64,000 nucleotides of DNA from an uncultured delta proteobacterium (GCA_963695875.1 CAVOID010000008.1:96001-160000); one strand, 5' to 3'. Positions 32,778-45,216 are shown, counted from the stretch's first letter. The notes: generated from the sequence alone by a model not told the origin. Translations and numbers: made by a program.

Positions 32778-33620
32778 ATGACGACAATAAGAAAAATCCT
32801 TAGAGATTACAGAATCCGACCTCTCAAGCGATTGGGTCAGTCATTCCTTGAGGACAGAAATGTCATAAATAAAATTTTGAAAATATCAGATATCAGGGGA
32901 GATGATACAGTAGTTGAAATAGGTGCTGGCATTGGGATCATGACGGAGGCGATAGCACAAAAGGCGCAAAAGGTTATCGCCCTCGAAATTGATCCCAGAA
33001 TGATCGGTATTTTAAATGAAAGACTGGCGGGTTATCATAATGTGGATATTATTCAAACCGATGTCCTTGAGTATAATTTTTCTCCGGTCAGTTTTGAATC
33101 CCTGTCAAAGAAGATAAAGGTCATCGGGAATATTCCCTACAACATTTCATCACAGATATTGTTTCAATTATTAGCGTGCAGGAACCATATCTCGTCTATG
33201 ATTCTCATGTTTCAAAAAGAACTGGCAGACAGACTCATCGCAACCCCGGGAACAAAGGAGTATGGGATACCAACGGTTTTAGTTTCCATGTATGCGGAAT
33301 GTCATCGAGAAATGGTAATCCCTCGCAGTTGCTTCTATCCCGAACCAAAAGTAATGTCGGCTGTTATGAAAATGATTATTCGTGAAAAACCTCTTATGGA
33401 TTTAACGGATCATGAATTCTTCTTCAAAATTGTGAAAATAGCTTTTTCAAAGAGAAGGAAAACTTTGTTAAATAATATCCGAAATTCACAAGAATTGGGA
33501 TATTCAGAAATGGATGTTGTAACAGCACTCAAGAAGGCGTGTATCGATGGCATGAGACGGGGTGAGACCCTGACTGCAGAAGAACTCGGCAAATTATCAA
33601 ATGCTCTTCGTTCGCTATGA
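32778..33620 (+). CDS. rsmA: 16S rRNA dimethyladenosine transferase
   Basis: KRLGQSFL, EIGAGIG, GNIPYNIS, MFQKE. Confidence 0.95.
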   Translation: MTTIRKILRDYRIRPLKRLGQSFLEDRNVINKILKISDIRGDDTVVEIGAGIGIMTEAIAQKAQKVIALEIDPRMIGILNERLAGYHNVDIIQTDVLEYNFSPVSFESLSKKIKVIGNIPYNISSQILFQLLACRNHISSMILMFQKELADRLIATPGTKEYGIPTVLVSMYAECHREMVIPRSCFYPEPKVMSAVMKMIIREKPLMDLTDHEFFFKIVKIAFSKRRKTLLNNIRNSQELGYSEMDVVTALKKACIDGMRRGETLTAEELGKLSNALRSL

Positions 33621-33626
33621 AATAGC

Positions 33627-33765
33627 TTGACAAGTTACGGTTATTTTAGTAGTGAACAAACGACCGCTTGGATCCAAGGCACGGACTGAGACGGAAGGTG
33701 TGATAAAGTTTATAATCGCGGGTTATAATATGAAGCCTCTCGTCTTTGACGTAGGGGCTTTTTTT
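33627..33765 (+). promoter_or_regulatory. panCD leader: TTGACA promoter, pan-motif-like bulged stem-loop and intrinsic terminator
   Basis: TTGACA at 33627; stem ccgcttggatcc...ggactgagacgg 33664-33694; terminator aagcctctcgtc-ttt-gacgtaggggct plus T-run 33733-33765 before the panC start. Confidence 0.7.
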
Positions 33766-33782
33766 GTAGATACGGGAAAGAT

Positions 33783-34642
33783 ATGAAGATCGTATGTTCC
33801 ATAAAAGAGATGCAAGCCTTCTCGGAATCCACAAGGAATAGAGGGCAGAAAATAGCCTTTGTTCCTACAATGGGTTATTTTCATGACGGTCATTTGAGTT
33901 TGATGAGAGAAGGGAGGCGACATAGGCGACTGTCTCGTCATCAGTATTTACGTGAACCCGACGCAGTTCGGTCCGAATGAGGATTTTGAAAAGTATCCCA
34001 GGGATTTTGAAAGAGACAAAGGCCTTGCTGAAGGTGTTGGTGTGGATGTTATTTTCTATCCTGAAGATAAGGAAATGTACCCGGAACATTATCAGACCTA
34101 TGTCAATGTTGAAAAGGTAACGCAAAATCTCTGCGGCATTTCGAGACCCGCGCATTTCCGGGGTGTGACAACGGTATGCGCCAAGCTGTTCAATATTGTT
34201 AAACCTCATTATGCAATCTTTGGTAAGAAGGACTTCCAGCAACTTGTAGCCATTAAGCGGATGGTGCAGGATCTGGATATGGATCTCGATGTTATCGGGA
34301 TGACAATAGTGAGGGAATCCGATGGTCTCGCAATGAGTTCGAGAAATGTATATCTCAAGGAAAATGAGAGAGAATCGGCTCTTAGTCTTAGTCGTTCCTT
34401 AAAATTAGCCAAAGCAAATGTATGACAAAGGAGAAAGGGATGCTTCAAGGATACTGGAGGAGGTCAAAAAATTTATAGAAGGCCATCCATTTTCACGGAT
34501 CGATTATGCGAAGATATGCGATACGAAGACCCTTCAAGATATTGATTGTCTCGATGGAGAGTCAGTTTTAGCCCTTGCCGTCAAGATTAATAAAACAAGA
34601 TTGATAGATAATTATGTATTCGGGGATATTCTTAATATATAA
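33783..34642 (+). CDS. panC: Pantoate--beta-alanine ligase, split by two indels
   Basis: [44 protein letters not shown]. Confidence 0.95.
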
Positions 34643-34686
34643 AGTTTACGCATAAGAAATATTTTTCCTGAGGAGAAAGGTAATAC

Positions 34687-35045
34687 ATGCAAAGGTATAT
34701 GCTCAAATCAAAACTGCACAGGGCTATAGTGACCGATGCCAATCTCCATTATGAAGGCAGTATCACAATAGATGAAAAACTGATGAATGCTGCGGATATA
34801 CTGCCTTATGAAAAAGTCGATATTTATAATGTTTCTAATGGGGAAAGGTTCTCAACATACGTGATAAAAGGTAGAACAGGATTCCGGTGTGATATGTCTG
34901 AACGGGGCTGCAGCATGGAAGGCTAAAAAGGGCGACATTATTATTATTGCGAGCTATGCGCTTATTGATGATTCTATGATAAAGACGATGGCATCCTGCA
35001 TGTGTTTTCTTGGATGATAAAAACAGGATCAAGAGACAAAAGTAG
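34687..35045 (+). CDS. panD: Aspartate 1-decarboxylase, with indels
   Basis: [24 protein letters not shown]; shifted frame CLNGAAA. Confidence 0.93.
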
Positions 35046-35100
35046 TATATAAAAGGTCTAGCACGGTATAAGTAATGATTTTAGAAATGACTGTTAATAG

Positions 35101-35133
35101 GGGTAGGGTATTAAGGAACCTTGCCCTTTTTTT
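35101..35133 (+). terminator. Intrinsic terminator after panD
   Basis: gggtagggt...accttgccc followed by T8. Confidence 0.65.
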
Positions 35134-35207
35134 TAAAATAGAGGTTGAAAACACATCAACTTTTTGTTAATTTAAATAAACTTAAATGATATAAAGGTTA
35201 TTTATCG

Positions 35208-35900
35208 TTGAAGAAAAAACTGAAGCAGATATTTTTAACCGGTCTTGCTGTTACCATTCCGATAGGATTAACACTTTATATCCTCTTCTTTCTTATTGAC
35301 ATAATGGATGGTCTCCTGAAGATTATCCCCACAAGGTATCATCCCGATACGTTGCTTGGTATTCACATTCCGGGTCTTGGAACTATTGCAACTGTGATTT
35401 TGATTTTCATCTGCGGCCTTGTCACAGCAAGTTATGTCGGCAACAAAATTGTTCAATCTGGAGAAGACCTTGTTTACAGGATACCATTCGTGAGGAGTAT
35501 TTATCAGGCCATCAAACGGTTCTCTGACACCATGTTTATGGATAGGAGAAGCAGTTTCAAAAAGGTTGTACTGGTAGAGTTTCCCAGAAAAGGTCTATAT
35601 ACAATCGGTTTTGTCACAGGTATCCCGGGATTGGAGATTCAGAAAAAAACCGGGCAGAACTGCATAAGTGTTTTTTTGCCGACAACGCCCAATCCGACAT
35701 CGGGATATCTTGTTATTATACCTGAAGATGAGTTAGTTGAAATGGATATGTCGGTAGAAGAGGCCTTAACATTCATCATTTCTGTCGGTATCGTGACTCC
35801 ATCAGACCATTATAAAAAGAGAGAGAAATTACACGATGAAGGTAACCATGTTGGTGAGTTAGAAATCATTGAAATAGGGATAGGACAAATAAAAAAATAG
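35208..35900 (+). CDS. DUF502 family membrane protein
   Basis: FLTGL, IPFVRSIY, VVLVEFPR, VFLPTTPNPTSG. Confidence 0.88.
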   Translation: MKKKLKQIFLTGLAVTIPIGLTLYILFFLIDIMDGLLKIIPTRYHPDTLLGIHIPGLGTIATVILIFICGLVTASYVGNKIVQSGEDLVYRIPFVRSIYQAIKRFSDTMFMDRRSSFKKVVLVEFPRKGLYTIGFVTGIPGLEIQKKTGQNCISVFLPTTPNPTSGYLVIIPEDELVEMDMSVEEALTFIISVGIVTPSDHYKKREKLHDEGNHVGELEIIEIGIGQIKK

Positions 35901-35913
35901 GAGTGAAAACCAT

Positions 35914-37091
35914 ATGCAGATAACATCTGAGAGTGTTAAAGTAGGACATCCGGACATTGTATGCGATTCAATAGCAGCGAATATCATCGCCGCGATAATC
36001 GATGAGGAACATAAAATCGGACTTAATGTGGATAACATGCCCCATTGCGGTATTGAGATTTTCCTGGGCAAGGGTCTCTGTATAGTTGGTGGAGAGGTTG
36101 CCACCCGGGTTATGTAGATGTAGAAAAGATTGTTCGCGATACAGTTCTATCAATTGGTTACTGCGACTATAATCTTGGTCTCAATGGAAATTCAATGGGA
36201 ATTCTTAACACAATTATAGAACAATCTCCCGATATTAATATTGGTACCCGGGCAGACATGGGTAAATACAAGGAAATCGGTGCAGGGGATCAGGGGATTA
36301 TATATGGGTTTGCATGCGATGAGACGCCTGAGTATCTTCCGCTTCCGTATGTCTTGCTACAAAAATGATGAGGGCTTTTGAGAATTGCGGTAATCCTATA
36401 TTCGCGCCTGATGGTAAAGGGCAGATAACAGTCGAATATAGTGACGAGGATGTTCCCTTGCGTGTGGCGACAGTTCTCATGTCCAATGCAATCGATTACC
36501 GTCGTGTAGCAGACAATGAGAGAGCATCTGTAGAGCCCCAGGCAAGGCATATTGCTATGGGGTGCCTCAGATGGTTGGGTAGATGAAAAGACCGAATTTC
36601 TTTTCAATCCTACAGGGGAATGGCAGGCTATCAATTCATGCAGTGCTGCGGATTCCGGCGTCACAGGTCGTAAACTCGTCGTTCAACTCTATGGGGGGTA
36701 TCCTGGCGCACAGATAGGCGGAGGTTCTATTGTTAATAAATCGCCGGAAAAGGTTGATTGTTCGGCAGTCTTCGGTGCCCGCTATGTTGCAAAAAACATT
36801 GTTGCTGCAGGTTTAGCAAAGAAGTGTTCTATTCAAATAGCATATGCCATCGGTATTGCCAGGCCCATTTCCGTTTATGTAAATACTTTTGGTACAGGGA
36901 TAATTTCCAACAATAAAATCAATGTGCTTATTAAAGAATACTTCGATTTATCCCCCAGAGGCATGATCGAAAGATTAGACCTCCTCAGAGGTGATGTTTA
37001 CAGGAAACTGCCCAAGACTTTATTTATGAACGATTATGTTTGGGAAAAGACGGACATGGTCGAAGCACTAAAACGGGCCGCGTCTGTATAG
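35914..37091 (+). CDS. metK: S-adenosylmethionine synthetase, divergent, several indels
   Basis: [43 protein letters not shown]. Confidence 0.88.
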
Positions 37092-37135
37092 AAACGATAA
37101 GTTGATCAATTATATAAGTCGGCGTGGAGGGCCTG

Positions 37136-38561
37136 ATGACATATCTGAAACCCGTAAAAAACTTAATGTACAAAGTGGCTGATATTCGGTCTTGCCGACT
37201 GGGGGCGTAAGGAAATTGAACTTGCCAAGAATGAAATGCCCGGTCTTATGGCTATACAAAAAAAATACGGCCGTCAGAAGCCTTTAAAGGGCTTGAAGGT
37301 TATGGGCAGCTTGCATATGACGATTCAGACAGCGATGCTCATAGAGACACTAAAAGAAATTGGCGCTGACATAAGATGGGCCTCATGCAATATATTCTCG
37401 ACCCAGGATCACGCAGCTGCTGCAATTGCGAAAGCGGGATCTGCAGCGGTTTTCGCCTGGAAGGGGGAATCTCTCGAGGAATACTGGTGGTGTACAGAAC
37501 AGGCGCTGACATGGCCTGATGGTTTCGGCCCTGACTTGATTGTTGATGATGGCGGTGATGCAACACTTTTGTCCACCATGGCGTCAAGATCGAAAAAGAC
37601 CCCTTCGCTGCTTGAAAAGAAATACGACAATAGAGAGTTCCAGATTATTATGGATCGCATGAGACACTCACTGAAGCGGGATCCAAAACATTGGCACAAA
37701 GTAGCTGCTAATATCCTCGGCGTTTCAGAAGAAACAACCACGGGTGTTCATAGACTCCACCAGATGGCACAATCCGGAGAACTTCTTTTTCCGGCAATTA
37801 ATGTAAATGATTCGGTAACCAAGTCAAAATTTGATAATCTGTACGGCTGCCGAGAATCCCTTGCTGATGGCATAAAGCGGGCAACTGATATAATGGTTGC
37901 GGGGAAGATGGTTGTCATCTGTGGATATGGCGATGTTGGTAAGGGGTGTGCCCAATCAATGAGAGGTTTTGGCGCACGCGTAATTATCACAGAGATCGAT
38001 CCGATTTGCGCACTCCAGGCAGCTATGGAAGGATATGATGTAAAGACGCTGGAAGATGTCGTTTCAATAGGGGATATCTTTGTCACAGCCACCGGCTGCT
38101 GCAATGTAATTACCGGTACGCATATGGAGAAGATGAAGAATGAGGCGATTCTATGTAATATAGGTCACTTTGATAGCGAAATAGACATACAATATTTAGA
38201 AAAGAGCAAGGACTGTAAAAAAGAGAACATCAAGCCACAGGTAGATAAGTGGACTCTTAAATCCGGGCGGTCAATAATTGTCCTTGCGGAAGGCAGACTG
38301 GTAAACCTTGGCTGTGCGACTGGACACCCCAGCTTTGTCATGAGTAACAGCTTTACTAATCAGTGTCTTGCTCAGATTGAACTTGCGACCAGGAAATATA
38401 AACCCGGTGTCTACACACTGCCTAAGAAAATTGATGAAGAAGTAGCAAGGTTGCATCTCAATCGTCTTCGTGCAAAACTGTCAAAATTGACGAAAGAACA
38501 AGCAGATTATCTCGGCATACCTGTTGGTGGACCCTTCAAGCCGGATTATTACCGTTATTAG
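37136..38561 (+). CDS. ahcY: Adenosylhomocysteinase (indels near start and internally)
   Basis: [50 protein letters not shown]. Confidence 0.96.
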
Positions 38562-38616
38562 AAAGGCAAGGATGAAGGGACAGGGATCGGTATCTAATTA
38601 CTCGGACTTCTGAATT

Positions 38617-39705
38617 TCAGGTTTTGACGCGGAAGAACATGATAGCAGACGCTGACGCCAAAAATAATGTTTGCAAACCAGGCTGATATAATGGGAGGTA
38701 ATTGTTCCGGAACGGCCCAGAGACATAGCGAAGGCGTGCACGATCCAGTAAGAGAATCCAATGATGATGCCGAACGCCGATGCTCTGCATGATACCGCCG
38801 CTTCGTTCGCGTTTTCATGAGAGAAAAGGAAATACCAATAACTGACAAGTATGATACTGACTAGAGTGAAAGCAATCTTGCCATGCATGTCTACGAGGTA
38901 TCGTGTTGCATCATATCCTTCGGCTTGAATCTTTTTAACGTACTTTCGTAACTCTGCATAGCCCATCTTTTCTGTTTCTATTTGGACGACATTGAAGTCT
39001 GATGGTTTTTCCGGAAGGTCTATCACCTTCGATGACAACCCACTCGAGAGACGGGAATTCCCCTCCCGTAAACTGGGTGATCAATAGATTGTAAAAGACC
39101 CACTGGTCATTTCTCCATTCGGCTTTTTCTGCATCGATCCGCATAGTCAATTTAAAGTTTTTGTCTAAATAGTTAATGGTAATCCCTTGAAGTATATTTG
39201 TCTTAGGATCAAACATTTTGAAATTGTATATTCCGTTTGTTCCCTTGTACCAGAGCTGGCTCTGTTTGAAAGTGCCAATTGGTTCACGCTTCTGTACCTC
39301 TACAAATACGATATGATCTGCCCTCTGGTTACTGTAAGGCGTGACGAATTCACTGTTAAGGAAGGCAAGGATACAAATCAATGCTGATGTGATTAACACC
39401 GGCAATGACGTCCTGTAAAGACTGATTCCGTTTGATTTCATGGCAGTGATTTCGGAGTTTCTTGACAGCGAACTGAATGTTAAGAGAGATGCGAGCAAGA
39501 CTGATGCAGGAATCGTCTGGGAAACCATCATCGGGATCATGAAAAAGAAATAAGAAATGATCTGGTGCAGCAAGGCATTATTACTCAAGAACATTCTGAT
39601 TCGTTCAACAAATTCAACAATCAGGAAAAGCGACATAAATATTGCGAGGATGAAAACAAATAACCTTACAAACTCTTTGGTTACATAGCGATCCAGAATG
39701 GTCAT
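38617..39705 (-). CDS. lptG: LPS export ABC transporter permease, with indels
   Basis: MTILDRY start, SEITAMK, multiple TM segments; overlaps the lptF stop. Confidence 0.88.
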
Positions 39706-40886
39706 GAATCAATACCTTTTTTGCATCTATCTATGAGCTTCTTTAAGTAGATTCCAATAGGGAGCTCTATGTTGAGCGGTCTGTCATTTGCAGCCCTAAC
39801 CAAAAGATAGAAGCCAATAATACAGAAAATAATATTGGGAGCCCACGTCCCAATAAAAGGTGAAAGTCTGCCTGTTTCTACGAGTGCCTCGCCGCCAAGA
39901 CGAATGATGTAGTAAATAAACGCCGTAAAAATACCGACGGTGAACCCCCTGGATTTTGCTGTCCTGTGGGATCTGATACCCAGTGGGATTCCAATAATGC
40001 CAAAAACAATGCATGAAAGAGGTGTAGTAATTGTCTTATAAAATTCGATGGCCATTTCTCTGAAAACAGCTCCTTCTATACCGGAAGTTTTAAGCTTCTT
40101 GGAAAGTTCCCAGACGGTCATCTCAGTGCTGTCCTTTGTTTTAACTTTCTTTTCTTCAGCGATGGAGGATTCAATATCGAGATTTACGTCATACAGACTG
40201 AAATCCATTTTTCGATAATTTTTAAGCTTCGTATCGACTATATGTGTGCTGCCGTTTTCGAGTCTCAGCGTTACGGTCATCAGTTTAGGATCTGATACAA
40301 GATAAGCTTTTTCGGCAATAATGGTGCTCGGTTCCTTACTAATCCTTGTATCTGAGATGATGACCCCTTTCATGTATTCACCACTGACAGGTACACTTTC
40401 TGCGTATAAGAGAAGACCCTTGAAATCATCATTGAATACTTTTTCTTTTATGCCAATACTGGCCTTTTTCTTGGCGACTGTATAAAGCAAATTTTTCGTG
40501 GCATATTTACTATGGGGAACTAAAAAGAGGCTTGTAGCAGCCGTCATAATGAAGGCTATTAATGACGCAATGGCTACCGGCAATATAAGTTTGTATAAAC
40601 TGATGCCTGATGCCTTTAAAATGCTTATTTCATTATCACCGGACAGTCTGCCTAATCCAATCAGAATCGATATCAGGAGTGATATGGGAATGGTCAATAT
40701 CAGGAATGATGGTGTTAATAAGAGAAAAAGTTTTGATATGTCAATGAAACTGACACCTTTATTGACCATCAAGTCCATTAATTGGAGAATCTTCCCCATG
40801 AGCAGGACAAAGGTCAAAACAAAAATTATTATGAAAAAGGGATAAGAAATTTCCCGTAGAATGTAACGATTGATAATTTTGAACAT
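39702..40886 (-). CDS. lptF: LPS export ABC transporter permease
   Basis: IINRYILRE, GRLSGDNEI, GTWAPN. Confidence 0.9.
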   Translation of the reverse strand: MFKIINRYILREISYPFFIIIFVLTFVLLMGKILQLMDLMVNKGVSFIDISKLFLLLTPSFLILTIPISLLISILIGLGRLSGDNEISILKASGISLYKLILPVAIASLIAFIMTAATSLFLVPHSKYATKNLLYTVAKKKASIGIKEKVFNDDFKGLLLYAESVPVSGEYMKGVIISDTRISKEPSTIIAEKAYLVSDPKLMTVTLRLENGSTHIVDTKLKNYRKMDFSLYDVNLDIESSIAEEKKVKTKDSTEMTVWELSKKLKTSGIEGAVFREMAIEFYKTITTPLSCIVFGIIGIPLGIRSHRTAKSRGFTVGIFTAFIYYIIRLGGEALVETGRLSPFIGTWAPNIIFCIIGFYLLVRAANDRPLNIELPIGIYLKKLIDRCKKGIDS

Positions 40887-41188
40887 GTATGTCCGGGCTA
40901 TTGATTATTTGGATGGGTAAGCTAACACGTATTTAAAGAGTTTTGTCAAGCAAAAGATAGAAATTCGAGCCCTGCTTGATTGAAAATCAGCAGCAAATGA
41001 TCGCGTTGAATAGGGGCAGAACCATATTAAGGAAGATTCAATAATTGAATTAATTGTATCCGTATATTTTCTATAGAATAATCCATGTCTTTTATTGACC
41101 TTGCTCAATAAATCTGCTAACTAAATTAGGCTCGCTGACTAGACGCGGATGGTCATTATTGTGCAATTTTCAGGTGGGGTGATATCCT

Positions 41189-41845
41189 GTGATAGATCTA
41201 CATACCCATTCCATATTAAGTGATGGAGAATTGATTCCTTCAGAACTCGTGAGGAGGGCCGAGGTTGCCGGTTATCGTGTAATTGCAATAACCGATCATG
41301 GAGATCATTCCAATCTCGATTTCATAATTCCACGGCTTTTAAATGTCTGTCAGAAATTGCAGGATGCCTTGGCCATACAGGTGATTCCGGGTATAGAGTT
41401 GACCCATATTCCCCCGGCATACATTTACGATCTTGCCGTTGAAGCCAGAAATCATGGTGCTAAGATTATTGTCGTTCATGGAGAAACGATTGTTGAACCC
41501 GTTGTTGCCGGGACTAACATGGCTGCCCTTAAGTCTCCTATCGATATTCTTGCGCATCCCGGTCTGATTACAGAGGAAGAGGCAATGATGGCGGCAAAAA
41601 ATTCAATATGTCTGGAGATAACAACAAGGAAGGGGCACTCCCTGACAAATGGACGTGTGTTAAGCATGGCGCGCCACTCGAAAGCTCCTCTCATTTTAAA
41701 CACCGATAGTCATGCTCCCCATGATCTAGTCTCCAAAGAAATGGCCCGAAAGATCGCCTTGGGTGCAGGCATGACTGAGGAAGAGGCCGAAATTATGTTT
41801 CGTAATTCAGAAGCACTGGCTAAGAAGGCATTAGAGAAGAAATGA
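41189..41845 (+). CDS. PHP-domain phosphoesterase (histidinol phosphatase-like)
   Basis: DLHTHS..SDG, AITDH, GIELTH, ILAHPG, NTDSH. Confidence 0.88.
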   Translation: MIDLHTHSILSDGELIPSELVRRAEVAGYRVIAITDHGDHSNLDFIIPRLLNVCQKLQDALAIQVIPGIELTHIPPAYIYDLAVEARNHGAKIIVVHGETIVEPVVAGTNMAALKSPIDILAHPGLITEEEAMMAAKNSICLEITTRKGHSLTNGRVLSMARHSKAPLILNTDSHAPHDLVSKEMARKIALGAGMTEEEAEIMFRNSEALAKKALEKK

Positions 41846-42322
41846 AGCTTTCGCGGTTATATGCTTATGATGCCTGTATCGGTTTAAAAAAGTGACGAAA
41901 AGGCCCATTGAGCAGATGCCTGCTGACCTCTCGGGGTAATCCACCATGTATTGACCACCCCATCACCATAGATTAGGGTGCTTAAATAAAACTCCGGAAA
42001 AAATGGCGCATGAAGCTGAAAATCACAAGGTGGTACTAATTCATAAGGATGCAGATGTATTTGTCTCTAAGGCCTCTTATCTAGCCAGTTAATAAAGGTG
42101 TATTACTACCTCATTTGAAGGGAACCTCTTTAAAAACAAACGATCTTAAATCTTCAATAAACATCATGACTATGTTTGGACCTCTGTCAATCTTATTAGT
42201 TGATAAATAAGTCTTCAGAAAATTTATGTGCTAATCAATATTGTAGAGAGCAAAAAAATTTGGAGATATGGAAAAAGGGGTATTTTCTGATATAAAAAAT
42301 TATCAAATTTTTATCTTGATTA

Positions 42323-42369
42323 TATCAATATATAGTAGTATCATAACTTCCTACCCCAATATGTTGGGT
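42323..42369 (+). promoter_or_regulatory. Tandem NrdR boxes
   Basis: tatCAATATATAGtag (42323) and cccCAATATGTTGggt (42354), 31 bp apart, upstream of nrdD. Confidence 0.8.
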
Positions 42370-42421
42370 ATAATAATTGCCTTGAAAATTGTTTCACTAC
42401 GGAATCAAGGAGGGGGGTTTC

Positions 42422-44561
42422 ATGCATAAAGAGATAAAAAAGAGGGATGGCCGCTTATTAAAATTCAATGCGGAAAAGATAACCGATGCCATTGCAAAGG
42501 CCGGGGCTGCAACGGGTGAGTTTGATGGTGATGGAACTATAGCGAGGAAACTCACGATAAAAGTCCTTAACTTAGCGGAAAAGCTCTTCGACGATAAAGT
42601 AATGACAGTGGAAGAAATTCAGGACATTGTTGAAGAGGTGCTATTGTCCTCACCTTATCGCCGAACCGCTAAGGCTTATATCATATACAGGGATCAGCAC
42701 GCTAGATTGAGGGAAATTACCAATAAGATGGAGGTTGACTTAGTAGATCAGTACCTAAAGAAGAAAGACTGGAAGATTAATGAAAACAGCAATATGGACT
42801 ATTCTTTGCAGGGTTTGAACAACTATATATCTTCCGAAGTCAGTAAGGTGTACTGGTTAAATGAGATTTATTCACCGGAAATTAGAAAAGCACATACTAA
42901 TGGTGATTTCCACATTCATGACTTGAGCCTTCTTTCCGTTTATTGCGTTGGCTGGGATCTGTATGATCTTCTGTTGGAGGGCTTCCGGGGTGTGTCCGGG
43001 AAAGTTGAAAGCAAACCGGCCAGGCACCTTCGCAGTGCTCTGGGACAGGTCGTCAATTTCTTTTATACCCTTCAAGGGGAAGCAGCCGGAGCTCAGGCAT
43101 TCTCGAATTTCGACACACTCCTGGCGCCTTTTATTAGATACGATAAGTTGGGTTACAATGAAATACGGCAGGCTCTGCAGGAATTTATTTTTAATATCAA
43201 TGTTCCTACGAGGGTCGGTTTTCAGACCCCCTTTACCAACGTCACCTTAGATGTGACGGTACCGAAGTACTATGCGGATCAAAATGTAATTATCGGAGGG
43301 AAGCCGCAGAAGGAGAAATATAGGGATTTTCAGGAGGAGATGAATCTCTTCAATAAAGCTTTTCTCAGGGTAATGGCAGATGGAGATGCCAAGGGTAGGG
43401 TATTTACCTTTCCTATACCTACATATAACATTACTAAGGGATTCAATTGGGAAGATCATAATCTTGATGACCTGTGGGAAATGACAGCAAAGTATGGGGT
43501 GCCCTATTTTTCAAATTTTATAAATTCAGATATGAATCCGGAAGATGCGAGAAGTATGTGCTGCAGACTTCGCATTGATAACAGGGAATTAGAGAAAAGG
43601 GGAGGGGGGCTTTTCGGATCAAATCCGTTAACCGGTTCCATCGGTGTGATCACGATGAACATGCCGAGAATTGGTTATCTTTCGAAGACGGAAGATGATT
43701 TTATGGAACGTCTGGAAAAGCTGATGATCACTGCTAAGGAAAGTTTAGAGACCAAGAGAAAGGTCCTTGAAAAATTTACAGACGGTAACCTCTATCCTTA
43801 TACAAAATATTACCTGAGGGATGTAAAGAAGCGCTTTAGCGAATATTGGAAGAATCACTTTTCAACAATCGGACTTGTCGGAATGAATGAAGCCTGTCTA
43901 AACTTTCTGGGCAAGAATATAGCTACTACGGAAGGACAAAACTTTACCCTGAAAGTATTGGATTTTATGAGAAGAAAGCTAATAGAATTTCAAAAAGAAA
44001 CAGGAAATAATTATAATCTTGAATCGACTCCTGCGGAAGGCACGTCATACCGTCTTGCAAAAATTGATAAGGCAAAATATCCGGAGATAATGTGTGCCAA
44101 TGAGGACATATATGTAAACAGTAAAGGCGAACCTTTTTACACAAACTCTACACAACTACCTGTGAATTTTACGGACGATATATTCGAAGCACTCGATCTG
44201 CAAGATGAAATCCAGGCAAAATACACAGGGGGAACGGTTTTTCATACGTATGCAGGTGAAAGAATACAAGATCCATCGGCAGTAAAGACATTTGTACAGA
44301 AAAATATGTACCAGTTATCATTTACCTTACCTTACATTCACACCCACCTTTAGCGTTTGTCCCTCACATGGATATTTAAACGGTGAGGAGGCAACATGTC
44401 CAATCTGTATGGAGCCCTGTGAGGTATATTCACGTGTGGTCGGTTATCTGCGTCCTGTTAAACAGTGGAATTTGGGGAAACAGGAGGAGTTTAGAGGAGA
44501 GGAGGGTTTTCAGTTTTTAGAAGATGAAGATTGGCGGGTTGCAGAAGGTATCTTTGATTGA
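42422..44561 (+). CDS. nrdD: Anaerobic (class III) ribonucleoside-triphosphate reductase with ATP cone; indels near the 3' end, stop approximate
   Basis: IKKRDG ATP cone, HIHDL, SMCCRL, CPSHG...CPIC, YSRVVGYLRP glycyl-radical motif. Confidence 0.95.
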
Positions 44562-45216
44562 ATATCCAGGGAAAATATGTGCGATTGTATTTTCACAAGG
44601 CTGTAACTTCCGATGTCCCTATTGTTATAATCCGGAATTAGTAAATCCAGATCTCTATAAAGAATGTCTGCCTGAAGATGAGGTATTTTCTTTCTTAGCA
44701 AAACGCAGGGGGAAGCTTGATGCGGTGACGATTACAGGAGGTGAACCGACAATCCAGAATGACTTGATTGAGTTTATCAAGCGTGTTAGGAAGATGGGAT
44801 ATTTAATTAAAGTAGATACGAACGGTTCCCATCCTGAGGTTATGGAAAAACTCATCAGCAGGAAGTTAATTGACTATATCGCAATGGATGTAAAAGGGCC
44901 ATTGAAAAAATATCAGGATGATTACGCTTTCCCAGATTCATGAGGATGAAATCAAACAGTGTATTGAAATAATCATGCAATCCGGTATACCATATGAATT
45001 TCGAACCACTGTCCCGAAAAAACTGCTTGAAGAAAGTGATATTTTAGAAATCGGAAAGTTAATAAGGAATGCAAGTCTTTACTGTATTGCAGCATTTTAT
45101 TCCTACTAAGAACACTGGATAAAGAATTCCTAAATTATGAAGCATATTCAGAGAAGAAATGGAATCACTTCAAGGAAAAACTTATGAAAGATATTCCTGC
45201 TGTCGCAATACGATAA
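44524..45216 (+). CDS. nrdG: Anaerobic RNR activating radical SAM protein, with indels
   Basis: GCNFRCPYCYN, TGGEPT, KVDTNG, YEFRTT. Confidence 0.92.

Noticed and set aside
35880..35913. SAM or SAH riboswitch before metK/ahcY
   Set aside because: Intergenic gaps (13 bp and 44 bp) are too short and no motif is visible
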